Assembly: GCA_965261545.1 (NCBI GenBank)
Contig: CBDHDF010000003.1
Coordinates: 1 to 30,551 of the forward strand
Direction of reading: 5' to 3'
Source: Bdellovibrionales bacterium
GTDB taxonomy: Bacteria > Bdellovibrionota > Bdellovibrionia > Bdellovibrionales > UBA1609
Length of the DNA stretch: 30,551 bases
Both the position numbers and the translations under genes were made by a program. How positions within the stretch are numbered: position 1 is the stretch's first letter; each line of letters opens with the position of its first letter. This document shows, piece by piece, positions 28,478 to 30,551 of the stretch. The notes under the pieces were generated by a model. The model was not told the origin of the DNA and searched no databases. It worked only from the letters and a program-made list of their open reading frames with translations.

Positions 28478-30060
28478 ATGATATCATGGATGCCTTTACT
28501 TTTCTTAGCCCTTTGGACTCTCACCTTTTCCCCTGCCTATGGCGATTTATCACATATTCCCTTTGAAGAGTGCTCTTGGAAGAACAAAAATTACACCCAT
28601 CAAATCCTGAATAACAACCCTCCCCACAGCGATGCCTTCTTGGAAGCGAAAGATTGCTCCAACTGCTCCACTCGAAGGGAGAGTCTCCAAGAACCAGCAG
28701 AAACCAAATCCTTAAAATCTTTGAGTTCCATAGTCTCTCAGGCCATACTACCACCAGATTGCTTTTTTGCCAGCTCCCTCAGAGCCACTAAGAAAGGGCC
28801 CGGCCAAAGAAAATTTTACTACTGTGACAGCCCAGAGCACAGAAACCAACTCATCATGTCCCCCATAAAGGATCCCAGTGGAAAAATTCGACATCTCTAC
28901 CCAAGGCGACCCTGCCTCAATGAAGACTACACAAAAATGACCCACAAAGCCTTTCATAGCCTTGCCAACTGTTTCAACTTTAGCCCCCAAGACAAGATTT
29001 ATCTTTTTGCACTTCTCAACCACGAGTCCTCCTTTATTCTCAACAATCGAAGTCGCCACAGGGGCTCGCTGTTATGGACAAATCACCTCTGTCACCGTGG
29101 ATGAGATTGATAAAAATATCTTTGTCAGCGGCAACACAAATCCTCCCTGGAAAAGCAAAATTTATTCAGATGTGGTTCGCCGGTGTCCAAATCTTCCCCA
29201 GCGTATTCACACCCCCTCATCCATCAAAGACCAGGGGCAGAAAAACCGTCGATTCTTCGAATTCGAAGAACACAAACAAAATCAAAGAATTATGAACTGC
29301 CGCTTGACTCACCACGCTCCAACTTGCCTTTTCTACACCATGTACAACATGAAGATGAATATGCAATACTTAGACTACATCATCCTGCACTCCGTCACGC
29401 AAAATATGCCACAAAATTTAGAGGTTCCTCAAGAATTCAGTGATCACTTTTCCCTGCCCATCCGCCTCAATGAGGTCCTTGTGGTGAAGAAAACAACCAT
29501 TAAAAGTGGAAAAAAAGAGGAACAAAAATGGGTTGTTGGCAGTGATTACCAACTTTATAAGTTATTCTATGATCCAGAAACAGGTCGTAAAAAAAAGGAA
29601 CTATGATCTTGAGGACCTCAAAGTCGCAAAAATAAATACCTACAAAATGGAAGACGCCAATAAATGGCGTCTTCTCTATCAAGCCTACAACGGAGGAAGC
29701 TCTGTCATTAATGACAAACTCCGCACTTTTTTAGAGCACAAGAAGCAACAGTTGGCCGTGGGGGATACCTGTAGCAACTCAAAAACAAAAGCCAAAGAAG
29801 TATGCAAGAACAAAAACCTTTCTCAAAGAAGACATGCATTGCAACAAGGGAAAAGCTTGGCCTTTCCCTCCCAAAGATTCAATCAAGAAATGATCTCTGA
29901 AGAAACAAGAAGATTCACTGGCCAGATCAGAAGGGATATAGAGTATCTCAGTAGTAACTCGTCCTCATCTTCGTCCCAGATCTATAATCATCTCGAAAAA
30001 TTGCCCAAGAAAGCATCTTCAGAAAAAGCCCAACAGCTTTCTCAAATCTATAAAAAATAA
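28478..30060 (+). pseudogene. Secreted lytic transglycosylase (SLT-like) protein broken by two frameshifts (real or assembly error)
   Basis: Signal peptide, then SLT motifs spread over three ORFs: LLNHESSF (catalytic E-S), TGARCYGQIT, and QAYNGG. Shifts near 29052 and in the A-run at ~29590. Confidence 0.7.
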
Positions 30061-30109
30061 GTGTATCCCCAAAGACTTCATATAGTCATCATTTACCCAC
30101 TTGAACCAT

Positions 30110-30551
30110 TCAATTCCAGTGCTTCCATCCTTCGAGATAGTACTGAAGTATGTGAGGGGCATCCAAAGAACTCGGTGATACCTGCTGATCTTGAGAAGCC
30201 ACCCTTAGATCCTTGGAGAAGTAAAATAGAGATTCCACTTGGTCACCATGGAGAAATCGAGTGGGCACCTGCCACAGCCAACTTTTCCACATCCAAAGGT
30301 ATGTGGGAGGCCATCATAAAGCCCCAGTCCCCCCATGGAGGGTACATAAGCGTGGTAGGGGTGAATCACATTAAATTTTGCAGCCTTAAGAGATTCATGA
30401 ATACACCAAAAAGCTTTTTTTTGCAAAAAAGGGACTTGTGGACTGCGTCACAAAAACGCCCTGCCGGCTCAAACGCTTTTTCACAAGTTTAAAGAATTCC
30501 CGACTGTAAAGACGAGATAAACTGGAGTTTTTAGGATCTGGCAGATCGGCT
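30110..30551 (-). CDS. speE: Polyamine aminopropyltransferase (spermidine synthase-like), 3' part, with apparent frameshifts
   Basis: Minus strand reads [43 protein letters not shown] / [21 protein letters not shown] / DWGFMMAS / VPTRFL...[10 protein letters not shown], matching the long membrane-associated SpeE type. Two of the shifts lie in T8 and C6 runs. Confidence 0.8.

Noticed and set aside
30061..30492. 143-aa plus-strand ORF
   Set aside because: Shadow ORF. The minus strand carries clear spermidine-synthase motifs.

Overview
Low-GC bacterial window, probably Bdellovibrionota/Oligoflexia (an inference from the style of the backbone proteins). It has two parts. Positions ~320-20,120 are an insertion-sequence pile-up over what looks like a decaying defence locus: an intact SF2 helicase/PD-(D/E)XK nuclease with Hna-like architecture, and a divergent AlbA_2/Schlafen-domain gene that is truncated and preceded by a triplicated 137-bp unit. 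The mobile elements are IS1380 and IS200 remnants, two near-identical 1.89-kb IS256 copies each carrying ~0.6 kb of structured non-coding 3' cargo, a three-level nest (IS4 containing an ISNCY-type IS, which contains a 2.46-kb large-serine-recombinase element whose excision would restore the host transposase ORF), an ISL3 without target duplication, and an IS1634 inserted in an rve-type IS. Positions ~20,150-30,551 are backbone: a putative lipoprotein, glutaredoxin, a lipoprotein with a 36-bp His/Cys/Lys tandem repeat, a TonB-dependent receptor, an ABC exporter, hypothetical proteins, a frameshifted lytic transglycosylase-like gene and the frameshifted 3' end of a spermidine synthase-like gene. 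Several frameshifts fall in homopolymers and may be assembly errors. All calls come from reading the sequence; no database searches were run.
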